This document shows positions 1 to 8,975 of a stretch of 19,709 bases of DNA, piece after piece; position 1 is the stretch's first letter; each line of letters opens with the position of its first letter. The notes beneath the pieces were generated by a model. It was not told the origin of the DNA. It saw nothing but the letters and a program-made list of their open reading frames with translations, and did not search any database. Location of the stretch: the NCBI RefSeq assembly GCF_000281045.1, contig NW_008246083.1, forward strand, positions 495,298 to 515,006. Direction: 5' to 3'. The stretch is from Saprolegnia diclina VS20. Lineage: Eukaryota. The translations under genes and the position numbers were made by a program.

Positions 1-937
1 GCAGATCTGAGTCGGATCGCTGTCTGATGAGATGTACTCAGACGACGTACTCAGATTGAAGCAGCAAAAGTGGGACTCTCGGGCGGTCGGAAGAGTCGCA
101 CACCCACGAAATCATTGATCCCAGAAACTTTATCTGATGCGATCTGGGAAGCGAGAACGATGTGGTTCGCAGCGCCAAAGACCCGTGCACTTGGCGAATG
201 CGCTCGGTGACCACTACCCCAGACAAAAAACGAGCTCGCGCGTCACAACTCTCAATACGCGTTTGGCCAGAAATACACGCTGCAACAAAGAATTGAGCTC
301 GAATTCAACCGTGCCACCTAGTGAACTCAGACCCGTGTCTGGTTTCGCATGTATCTGAGTACCTCGCTCTGATAATCGTAGGCGGCGTGCATATGATGAC
401 ACCGGCAGGTACGACGCGCAACCCGCCCGCTCTTGAGAGCGCCCACAGTCCAGCTACCAAATGACTGGTTTCGCTGCCAGCTGCACCTTGATTCAAAAAG
501 CAACTACTAGTACGGTCGAGGCTCCCCAGTCAGACTAAACATAACCCATATGTTGCTCACCTCGCTGCTGGTTCCTCACCGCCACGCAGCTCCCCACGCA
601 GCCCTCGCATGATGCACACACCGTCGCCATGCAGTTCGTACGCACAAGTAGCCAATTCGAACGACGGATCTCGTCCCACCCAATCTGCTCGAGTGCTGCG
701 GCCGTCGAGCGCGGGCGTGGTGAACGTCGAGCTAGTTGGGCTGGGTACGGCTGGGCTCAGATGGCCGCAGGGATTAGCTGCTCACCACAGAGTACGAATC
801 CGCTCGATTCTCAGGTGCATGCAGCACAGAGTTCTCAGGTGTTGTGTTCGTACACAGCGTCGTTGGCGCACCCATGGATTCAAATCCGTTTGTGGCGGCT
901 ACAGTGTAGTACAAATCGCTTTGGCCCGCGCCTCGTA

Positions 938-955
938 GCTCACTTTTCCTTTTGC
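938..955 (+). promoter_or_regulatory. Oomycete INR+FPR core promoter of protease gene 1
   Basis: GCTCACTTTTCCTTTTGC matches INR (YCAYTYY) plus FPR (MWTTTNC). It ends 17 nt before ATG 973. Confidence 0.7.
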
Positions 956-972
956 AGCCATTGCATCCCACG

Positions 973-2100
973 ATGATTTCCTTCGCCAAGCTCACTGCGC
1001 TCGTTGGCCTCGCGGCGTCGCTCGTGGCCGGCCAGACGTGCTTCCAGGGCGCCGACGAGATCGGTCGCACGGCACCGTACGCGCTGGCGTCCAACGGGTC
1101 GGTGCCGCTGCGCACCGTCATTTCGCGCGACGCCGCCTCGTACGTCTCGCTGCACTTTGACTCGCTCAACTTGCCCAACGGCGCTGTCCTCACGCTCTCG
1201 TCGCCCGACGGATCGACGTCGGTCAAGTACACGGGCGGCGACCGCGACAACTTTTACGCCGAGTACATCCCCGGCGGCTCGGTCGTGCTCTCGTACACGC
1301 CGCCGCGCGAAGACATTGCGCTCCTCGACGGCGTCGACGCCTTCCGCATCGATAGTCTCGCGTACGGTGTGCCGCCGCGCCCGACCGAGGCCATTTGCGG
1401 CACGGACGACACCAAGGCTGCGGTGTGCGTCAAGAGCTCGCTCCCGACGCAGTACACCAAGGCGCAGGCCGTGGGCCGGCTCCTCATTGGCGGCACGTCG
1501 CTCTGCACCGGGTGGCTCTTTGGCTCGGAGGGCCACTTGATCACCAACAACCACTGCATCGGCGACGCCAACGCGGCCAAGGACATTCAGTTTGAGTTTG
1601 GCGCCGAGTGCGCGACGTGCGCGGACCCGAACAACACGCAGCAGCTCGCTTGCCGCGGCACCATCGTGGCCACGAGCGCGACGTTCATCCGCACCAACAA
1701 GAACCTCGACTACACGCTCGTCAAGCTCAACCTCAAGTCGGGCGTGAGCTTGGCCAAGTACGGCTTCCTCAAGGCGCGCGCGTCGGGCCCCAAGCTCGGC
1801 GAAAAGATCTACATCCCGCAGCACCCCGCGGGCAAGCCGCGCCGCATCGGGTACCTCCTCGACAACGGCGCACAGGGCACGATTGAGTCGCTCAACATCA
1901 ACAGCTGCGTTGCCAACGAAGTCGGCTACATGGTCGACACGGAGGGCGGGTCGTCGGGCTCGCCGGTCATCAGTCCCAACGACCACGCGGTCATCGCGCT
2001 CCACAACTGCGGTGGCTGCCTCAACGGCGGCGTCAAGATCAGCGACGTCGTCAACGACCTCCAAGCCGCCGGCAAGCTCCCGGCCCAGTCGACTGTCTAA
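973..2100 (+). CDS. Secreted chymotrypsin-fold (clan PA, S1; lysyl/glutamyl endopeptidase-like) serine protease, 375 aa, intronless
   Basis: ATG 973 gives signal peptide MISFAKLTALVGLAASLVAG; the track's TTG start at 952 lies inside the promoter. N-terminal CUB-like pro-region (YVSLHFDSLNLPNG), then AICGTDD at the presumed mature N-terminus. Catalytic triad motifs: TNNHC (His), LDYTLVKL (Asp), DTEGGSSGSP (Ser). Confidence 0.93.
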   Translation: MISFAKLTALVGLAASLVAGQTCFQGADEIGRTAPYALASNGSVPLRTVISRDAASYVSLHFDSLNLPNGAVLTLSSPDGSTSVKYTGGDRDNFYAEYIPGGSVVLSYTPPREDIALLDGVDAFRIDSLAYGVPPRPTEAICGTDDTKAAVCVKSSLPTQYTKAQAVGRLLIGGTSLCTGWLFGSEGHLITNNHCIGDANAAKDIQFEFGAECATCADPNNTQQLACRGTIVATSATFIRTNKNLDYTLVKLNLKSGVSLAKYGFLKARASGPKLGEKIYIPQHPAGKPRRIGYLLDNGAQGTIESLNINSCVANEVGYMVDTEGGSSGSPVISPNDHAVIALHNCGGCLNGGVKISDVVNDLQAAGKLPAQSTV

Positions 2101-2918
2101 ATAGTATGTCGAGACGAGTCGTGTTGTTTGTCAATAATGGAGTTCCAAGTTTTGAGTCGTCCGGAGTGTCTTATTGTCCACAGAACTCTCGTACACACTA
2201 GACTAGCTGCAACTATCGACTAGGAAGGACAATGGGGGGAAATAACGTTGTATTGTGCTCGTACCCTTTGAAGACACAACGGTGCAAACGTGTTGTGTCA
2301 TAACTAAGGAAGCGCCCAAACACTGCTTGGCAAGCAGGTTGCTGAAGCGCCGAGATCTGAGCACGAACGCGAGTGCTGTGACTACAGCTGTACATTGTAA
2401 AAGCGTTCTCTATGTGTGCTCTTCGTGTGCAATCAGAGGGTTGTGTATAGGACGACGCTTCAATCGCACCTGCTTTATTGTAGCGTGCCACAATGCCACT
2501 CGAAATCACACTCGGGCCGAGCGATCTGAGTCGCCGGGATCAAGTAATGACATTGCCGTGAGAGAAGTCACGTTCGTTTGACATGCATACAGATCATGGC
2601 GCGCAAAAGCATGCGCTGGGTCGGAAGTTGTGCAGAGGGCGTCGTGGCTTCACGCTTGCTCACGTTCCATTGCTCTTTGCCATCGCCATCCGAAGCCAGG
2701 GTACGGTTATTAGCTGAGTGTTTGGCTTCGGTTATAAATATGCATTTGAAGCCGACACTGTATCTTCATTACCAGCTATTGTATGCATATATATCCCTCA
2801 GATTGACTCATTTCGAACGCCATCTGGAACTACCGCAGACCAAACAGCAGGTCGGAGCGAGAGCGCGAGAGCCGTCCGTTGTCCGTATGTCTGCGTTGAG
2901 GGCTCGCCAAGAGCAAAC

Positions 2919-2925
2919 TCACTTC
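2919..2925 (+). promoter_or_regulatory. INR-like element of protease gene 2
   Basis: TCACTTC fits YCAYTYY and is followed by a pyrimidine-rich run, about 30 nt upstream of ATG 2954. Confidence 0.5.
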
Positions 2926-2953
2926 TGTATTCTCTCTTCTTGACACAATCACC

Positions 2954-4462
2954 ATGCTCTCAGTCTCCAAGCTCGCTGTCTGCTTGGGTCTCCTTGCGTC
3001 GAGTGCGATGGGGCAATACTGCTTTCAGTCGGTCGAGAAGATCGGTGCCGACCAGAGCTACAACTTGACGCTCTCCGCCGACGTCTCAACCAAGACCATC
3101 ACGCACGACAAGGCCACGTACATTGCGCTGCACTTTAACCAGCTCGACTTGCCGCATGGCGCGTCGGTCACCGTGAGCGCGCCGGACGGTCAGAACGCAG
3201 TCACGTACACGGGCAAGCACAGCGACTTTTACGCCGAGTTCATTCGTGGCGACGCCGCCAAGGTCACATACCACGCGCCGTCAAACGGCCACGGCGCGTC
3301 GCCCGTCATCTCGATCGACCGGTACGCCAGTGGGTTCCCGGAGGACAGCCAGAAGCACCCCGAGGCCATTTGCGGCAAAGACGACTCAGAAGCCTCCATG
3401 TGCTACAAGGACAAGAAGCCAACACAGTACAAGAAGGCGCAGGCCGTCGCTCGTCTCTTCATGAACGGTTCTGGGCTCTGCACCGGCTGGCTCTTTGGCT
3501 CGGAAGGTCACTTGATCACGAACAACCACTGCATCGGTGACGCGGGTGCGGCCAAGAACGTCCAAGTCGAGTTCGCGGCCGAGTGCGCGACGTGCGACGA
3601 CCCGAACAACACCAAACAGCTCGGGTGCAAGGGCAAGGTCGTCGCCTCCAGCGTCGAGTTTATCCACACCAACAAGGCCCTCGACTACACGCTCGTCAAG
3701 ATCAACTCCAAGGACCTCGCTTCGTACGGGTACCTCACGGCGCGCGAGTCGGGGCCGGTCCTTGGCGAAGAGATTTACATCCCGCAGCACCCCGGTGGCA
3801 AGCCGACGCGCATTGCTGTCAAGCTCGACAACGGTCAGCCGGGTACGATCGAAGACATGGGCCACTCGTCGTGCGTCGAAGACGAAGTGGGCTACATGGT
3901 GGACACGGAGGGCGGGTCGTCGGGCTCGCCGGTGCTCAGTGCCAAAGACAACTCGGTCATCGCGCTGCACAACTGTGGTGGCTGCCTCAACGGTGCTGTC
4001 AAGATCGACAAGATCGTCAAGGATCTCAAGAGCATCAACAAGCTCCCGAAGAACGCCCTTGATGGTGGCAAGTCGCCCACGCCCAAGCCCAGCGACCAGC
4101 CATCGCCCAAGCCCAGCGACAAGCCATCGCCCAAGCCCACGTACGATCCGACGGATAGTCCCAGCGACGACCCGAGCGACGACCCGAGTGACGACCCTAC
4201 GGACAAGCCGACTGACAAGCCGACGACCAAGCCGACGACCAAGCCCTCCAAGCGTCCGCGCCCGTCGACGCCCCGCCCTGTCACGAAGAAGCCGAGCAGC
4301 AAGCCGACGGCGCCCCCTTCGAATGGCGCCAAGAAGGTCTGGGAACAGTGCGGTGGCAAGGACTACACGGGGAGCGCCTCGTGCGGCGAGAACCTCACGT
4401 GCGTTCGCGTCGACGAGTGGTACTCGCAGTGCGTGCCTGGCATTGGTTTCCACTGGAACTAA
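2954..4462 (+). CDS. Secreted S1-type serine protease, paralog of 973..2100, with P/T/S/K/D linker and C-terminal CBM1 carbohydrate-binding module, 502 aa
   Basis: Signal peptide MLSVSKLAVCLGLLASSAMG. Blocks identical to gene 1: LCTGWLFGSEGHLITNNHCIGDA and EVGYMVDTEGGSSGSPV. Proline-periodic linker. C-terminal WEQCGGKDYTGSASCGENLTCVRVDEWYSQC is the CBM1 signature (QCGG..Y.G...C.....C......YSQC), about 4331-4441. Confidence 0.95.
   Translation: MLSVSKLAVCLGLLASSAMGQYCFQSVEKIGADQSYNLTLSADVSTKTITHDKATYIALHFNQLDLPHGASVTVSAPDGQNAVTYTGKHSDFYAEFIRGDAAKVTYHAPSNGHGASPVISIDRYASGFPEDSQKHPEAICGKDDSEASMCYKDKKPTQYKKAQAVARLFMNGSGLCTGWLFGSEGHLITNNHCIGDAGAAKNVQVEFAAECATCDDPNNTKQLGCKGKVVASSVEFIHTNKALDYTLVKINSKDLASYGYLTARESGPVLGEEIYIPQHPGGKPTRIAVKLDNGQPGTIEDMGHSSCVEDEVGYMVDTEGGSSGSPVLSAKDNSVIALHNCGGCLNGAVKIDKIVKDLKSINKLPKNALDGGKSPTPKPSDQPSPKPSDKPSPKPTYDPTDSPSDDPSDDPSDDPTDKPTDKPTTKPTTKPSKRPRPSTPRPVTKKPSSKPTAPPSNGAKKVWEQCGGKDYTGSASCGENLTCVRVDEWYSQCVPGIGFHWN
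4073..4320 (+). repeat. Coding tandem repeats (12-bp and 24-bp periods) forming the protease-CBM1 linker
   Basis: CGCCCAAGCCCAGCGACMAGCCAT occurs about 2.5 times at 4080-4139. It is followed by 12-bp units encoding PSDD x3, PTDK x2 and PTTK x2. Confidence 0.85.
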
Positions 4463-4525
4463 ACCTTTGTAGCGTCTTTGTAACCTAAACACCATGTCTT
4501 CTACTGTGTACACAATTGTCCATAT

Positions 4526-6242
4526 CTACGCCAGCCACGGCGAGTTGTCGGCGCCAAACTCGACCCCGAGACCGCGGTTGCCACTCGGAAGGTGCACGCG
4601 GCCGACCGCGAAGTGGGGTGCCGGTGCTGTTGGGGACACGAGGGCGTCGGGGCGCACACGCTTGCCAGTGTCAAGCCCAAAACGCGCCAAGTCGACGCGC
4701 GACAAGAGGCTTAGTCGCGTGATCTCAATCAGGTGGTTGTCGGCGTCGTAGCCAAAGACGTAGCAGTCGTTGCCATTCTGGCCTACGGTCATCATGCTCC
4801 GAAAGCGCGAGTCGATGTTGAAGAGATCGTAGACGCTGCCACCGAGCACGCGTCGGCCTACACCTCGTACGTGACGGCGCATGCGAGTGAGATTCGTACC
4901 AGAGTAAATGTGCTGAAGGCGACAGTACCACGCCATGAGGCGATAACGCACATCGCGGGGGCCCCCCACCGGCACCTAACGAGACTCGCAAACGACTGCA
5001 AAGCAGCAGGGAAACACCTACTTGGGTGTACTTGACAATAGGATGCATCCACTCTCGGAGCCGGCGAAGTGTGAACCGGGGAATCGCCAGCAAAAAAGGG
5101 ATCCCACAGAGCGAGATCGAGTACAAGATGGACGCCGGAAGTGCCTGCGTCGTGTAGTACTCGCTGTCGCTCGGTGCCTCGGCCAGAGGCTTGGAGATGT
5201 GGGTGTAGAGCAAGAGCGTCGGGAGCCACGCATTTTGCGCATTCGTCGAGAGACCTGCAAAGGTGAACGATGCCATCGCGACGACGGTCGTGCTGCTCGG
5301 GCGAAAGAGCGCGGCGCGGCGGCGCCACTTGAGGTACCGGTTCAGCGCCGTCAGCGTCGCGTACGAGAACCAGACCGACCGACTGAGAAACATCGCGCCG
5401 AGGCCCGTGTAGTAGAGGGCTTTGGTCTGGGACACGCGTAAAATGGCTTGGGCCACGACTTCTACGCTGCTCCAAAAGTCGACCATAAAGACGGCAATCA
5501 CGAGCGGGTGACACACCACGAGCGACGTGGGTTCGCCAAACACAATTTCGTATCGCACCGCGTTCGTGGGCGTCGGGTGCAGCGGGTGCGACCGCAGTAA
5601 TCGGCGCAGCGTCCGCACGTGGCGGTAGTAGAGGCGGTAGGCCTCAACACCGATGAGCAGGCTCAGACCAAAGCGGACGCAAAACTTGGTCGTGAGCCAA
5701 AACAGCGAGTAGCGCACAGTTGCGTACATGAAGGTAATCGTCGTCGCCGTGGTTGCACTGGCGCCGGCGCCGGTCACGTCGCCCGGCGACGACCAGAACG
5801 CGAAGACGCCCGTGGGCGCGTTCATCATGTAGGCAGTGCCGACCCGAGCGATCGGCGTCGACGACCTGCCGCAGAGAAAGGCCGTGAGTTTCGATGGCAG
5901 GTCGAACGGGCAGTAGATGCTGCCGGTGATGCGCGTGAGGACTTGGTCGTTGCAGCCACTGGCGTTGTACGGCACGACGTTGCGCACAATCTCAGCGCTG
6001 AGCGACGCGTCATAAGTGTACGGGGACGTGACGTTGACGAAGCGCGCTTGCAGCGTTTTGGCAAAGGCCATCGAGACGGTGTGGTTGACCTCCGGGATCG
6101 CGTTGGCCGAGACGAGTGCAAACTGCTTGTCATCAAAGGGAGATGCTTCGCTCATGTACGCCTTCAACGGCATGAGCACAAGGTTGAGGAGGAAGCCGAG
6201 GCTCAAGACCACTGAGACGCGGTTGTATCGCACGTTGTCCAT
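4526..6242 (-). CDS. Multi-pass membrane protein of unknown function (oomycete-type family); exons 6242-5022 and 4975-4526, about 556 aa
   Basis: Long ORF: N-terminal TM helix (VSVVLSLGFLLNLVLMPLKAY), a ~150-aa loop with NxT/S sequons and Cys, then about 6 hydrophobic helices. A 46-nt intron at 5021-4976 (GTAGGT...CGTTAG) joins KYTQ to VPVGGPRD and continues in the 4526..4975 frame (GGSVYDLF..DCYVFGY..RLSLL) to TAG. The start codon is uncertain. Confidence 0.8.
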
Positions 6243-7096
6243 GCTCACGCCGACTATTTTTATCGCTTGGGGAAAGGACAGACAAAGGACCTTTCATGGT
6301 TTCTGCATTGGGGTCAGTGGGGTCAGCGCGGCAAAGCGCCATTGAACTCAACATCATTGAAGCTCTCGTCTTGACTGGACCCTATATTGATGGACCGCGC
6401 CGCTATTGCCTCTTTTCTTGACAGGGCGATTCGTCAAGCCCGACACCTTGGACTGAAAGCAGTATACAATGGCAGCATACAACGTCGTTGGCTCGAATTT
6501 GCGTATTAATTTGTGCACTAGGCTCGTTGCTGGTGCTGTACATTTGGGCAGCCCTATCCCTTGCTCCCTCAGAATTGGGCCGAGTAGAGCTACACGTCAG
6601 CCTTAAAGTTCACGATCGCTAGCTCATTCGCCGCATCCGTAGCTTGCACTAGTGTCCTTGCGACTGCACGTAAGAAATGAGTGGCTCAGTGTCGGCTGCT
6701 TGAGCCACAAAGCTTTGTCGATAGCTCCACCCACAACTCTGTGTTTCGACAGTCGAAGAAAGGAGTCATAGCAATGAGTGAAGGTCCGTGCAGGACCACT
6801 GCAGTGGATTGTCGGGCCCTTACAAAGTGCAAGCTCATGACGTGGCCGTTTCTGGGATCAGCACGGATTAGACAGTGATTGAAGTCCCTTGTCTGCCGTC
6901 CGACCACGTTGATGACATGGTGTGTTGCTGCGACTCGGCCCTTCTAAAGCTTCGGAGAATTAGCCACGCAGGGTCGCTGCACTTGCCCTGCAGCAGCTGC
7001 TCGCGATCCGGCAGCGATCCGGATGACCATCATTCATGCAAGATTTTGCCTGGCTCCTCAAGCCAGCCAGGCGGCGATAGGAAGTGGGCACGACCC

Positions 7097-7114
7097 GCTC
7101 ATTCTCCTATTTAG
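7097..7114 (+). promoter_or_regulatory. Oomycete INR+FPR core promoter of the RBR-like gene
   Basis: GCTCATTCTCCTATTTAG closely fits GCTCATTYBNNNWTTT. Its position implies the true start is ATG 7140 rather than 7023. Confidence 0.7.
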
Positions 7115-7139
7115 CTCCTCCCACACACGTACATTGGCC

Positions 7140-8840
7140 ATGGTCGCGCCCGGGACTGCCACGTGTCAAGTCTGCTTTGACGAAGCCGACGCCGTCGTCA
7201 CACAGATCTGCCGCACCGCCTGTCCCGCGGTCCTCTGCACGTCGTGCATCGAAGCCTTCCTCAACGTCCAGGCCGAGTCGGCGCTCTACGGCGTGCTCAC
7301 CAAGCTCAAGTGCCCGATCTGCATTCGGCCCACCAACATGGTTCGCTGGCGCGAGCGGCTAGGGAAGGCTGCTAACCTCCTTGGACCGTTCGAATCAAAG
7401 GTGCTATCGGCGTGCGACGTCAAGTGCCCCAACTGCCACAACAACAACTCGATGCTGCCAGCACGGCGCGACTCGGTCCGGCCGCTCAAACTGCCGACGC
7501 ACCTCGCACAACAGATTCCGGAGCTCCAGACGCGCTGCGGCCAGTACTGCCGTCACCGCCACTCGGCCGACGCACTTTACAACTACGTCCGCGCAACGTT
7601 TCCGGGCCACGACGATGCCATTCTGAACGCAATGTTGCCGCTCATCCACGACGTCGAACGCCGCGCGACGCTCTTCCTTCGCTGGCGCCGCGACGCACCG
7701 TTCATTCAGTCGCCGTGCTGCAAAGCCGACTTGTGCTTTGCGTGCAAGGTCGGCGGGCACCACTTGGGGCAGCCGTGCGCGCCGGTCGAGGCCATCGACG
7801 ACATTGCGCAGTGTCCTGGCTGCAAGCTGCACCTCGTCAAGGGCGACGGCTGCGACTCAATGAACTGCTTTTGCGGCATGTACTTTTCGTGGTCCTCGGA
7901 GCGCATGGCTTTTCAGTTCCAGTGCGTGCGGCCCGAAGTCCTCTCCAAGCTGCGGATCCTCGTGCGCCGGCACAAGCCGCGTCTCTGCTGGTCTGTCATC
8001 CAGCGGCACCTGCCGGCCAGCGAGGGCTTCTACCGCCTGCACTTGGCCGAACACGAGCGTTATGCCTCGGGCAATACGCTCGCGCCGTGGCTTGGTACCA
8101 ACGGCATTGAGCTCGGCATGTCGATCGAGTCTCTCGCCGCGCTCAAGCCCGACTTGTGGAGCGCCGACGGGCTCTTTGATGGCGCGCCGGTCGCCCCGGA
8201 AGTCACCAACTATAGTTGCCGATACATCTGGATCAACTTTGACAAAGTGGCCGACCTCTTTCCGAGCCTGCCGCCGAAGGCAACGTACGACTGCGGGAGC
8301 TACGTATGCTTTATGTTTGACACAACCAACGCCCTCCGCCTCCTCTCGCTGCGCTTCTACCCGCTGTACATGCACCGGTGGAAGAAGCCCGACTACGCCC
8401 CGCTCCTTGCGTACTTTTCAACGCTGCTTGGTGGCCCCGGCCGCCAAGAAGACACGCTCGTCGACCATGCGCATACGGTCGTGTCGGTCCAGGACGTGAA
8501 TGGGACGCCGCACGTCGAGTTTGTGGACGCGCGGGCGCCACCCGAGATCAAAGACCGCTCGTTCACGCCGTACCTCAAGGACCAGCGTCTTCGCGACGTG
8601 ATTCTGCCAGCGTGCAAGCGGTTGGACGTGCGCCGGGCCATGCGTGCGGTCCAGCGCCATCTTCGGACGGCCGTGTGGAAGCGCAAGTGGGGCTACGTCA
8701 TGGCCGAGATCGAGGCAGCAGATGTCACAGCGCGCGCCAAGGCGTTCTGGGCCAACTACTGGGCGACGCTGCCCGCCAGCGACAAATATGCACTCGATGA
8801 CGACATGAACAGTATTTTTGCGATCGGTTTGGACGAATAA
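7140..8840 (+). CDS. RBR/IBR-type E3 ubiquitin ligase-like protein with extra C-terminal domain, 566 aa
   Basis: RING1-like CQVC..C...C....CTSC...CPIC. IBR-like CPNC ... PCCKADLCFACKVGGHHLGQPC. RING2-like QCPGCKLHLVKGDGCDSMNCFCGMYFSW. Strong GC3 codon bias throughout. Confidence 0.82.
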   Translation: MVAPGTATCQVCFDEADAVVTQICRTACPAVLCTSCIEAFLNVQAESALYGVLTKLKCPICIRPTNMVRWRERLGKAANLLGPFESKVLSACDVKCPNCHNNNSMLPARRDSVRPLKLPTHLAQQIPELQTRCGQYCRHRHSADALYNYVRATFPGHDDAILNAMLPLIHDVERRATLFLRWRRDAPFIQSPCCKADLCFACKVGGHHLGQPCAPVEAIDDIAQCPGCKLHLVKGDGCDSMNCFCGMYFSWSSERMAFQFQCVRPEVLSKLRILVRRHKPRLCWSVIQRHLPASEGFYRLHLAEHERYASGNTLAPWLGTNGIELGMSIESLAALKPDLWSADGLFDGAPVAPEVTNYSCRYIWINFDKVADLFPSLPPKATYDCGSYVCFMFDTTNALRLLSLRFYPLYMHRWKKPDYAPLLAYFSTLLGGPGRQEDTLVDHAHTVVSVQDVNGTPHVEFVDARAPPEIKDRSFTPYLKDQRLRDVILPACKRLDVRRAMRAVQRHLRTAVWKRKWGYVMAEIEAADVTARAKAFWANYWATLPASDKYALDDDMNSIFAIGLDE

Positions 8841-8975
8841 ACTACTATTTTGTGTGTTTGTTGGACTGTCTATTAAGTGAGATGTGCTTGCGGTCGTGGC
8901 CGCTGGAAGCAGTCCCTTCTGTCTTGGGCGTCAAGCGACAGGCTGGTTGTCGGATACAGTTGCAACAGCATCATC

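Noticed and set aside
295..307. GAGCTCGAATTCA, adjacent SacI and EcoRI sites as in the pUC polylinker
   Set aside because: Only 13 bp, and the flanks do not continue as vector sequence.
366..374. TATCAGAGC on the minus strand, resembling a tRNA-iMet primer binding site of LTR retrotransposons
   Set aside because: It lacks the leading TGG, an adjacent LTR end and any gag/pol ORF. A 9-mer match is plausible by chance.
874..889. GGATTCAAATCC, similar to a tRNA T-loop / B-box
   Set aside because: No proper T-stem, A-box or cloverleaf can be built around it.
940..4513. Long antisense and alternate-frame ORFs (940..2064 -, 3386..4513 -, 3537..4472 +); similarly 14176..15453 - and 16284..17225 +
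   Set aside because: These are shadows of GC3-biased real genes. They have no motifs and show the typical V/L/D/E or R/S/T-rich composition.
6266..6297. Possible 25-nt micro-intron (6290-6266) giving an upstream start MKAIKIVGVSMDN for the membrane protein
   Set aside because: The frame works, but the donor GTCCTT is poor, there is no branch motif, and the size is far below every other intron here. It needs RNA-seq.
7023..7139. N-terminal ORF extensions in the track (7023; also 952, 11142, 14092, 17444, 18172)
   Set aside because: They overlap core-promoter motifs, use non-ATG starts or lack codon bias. Downstream ATGs fit better.
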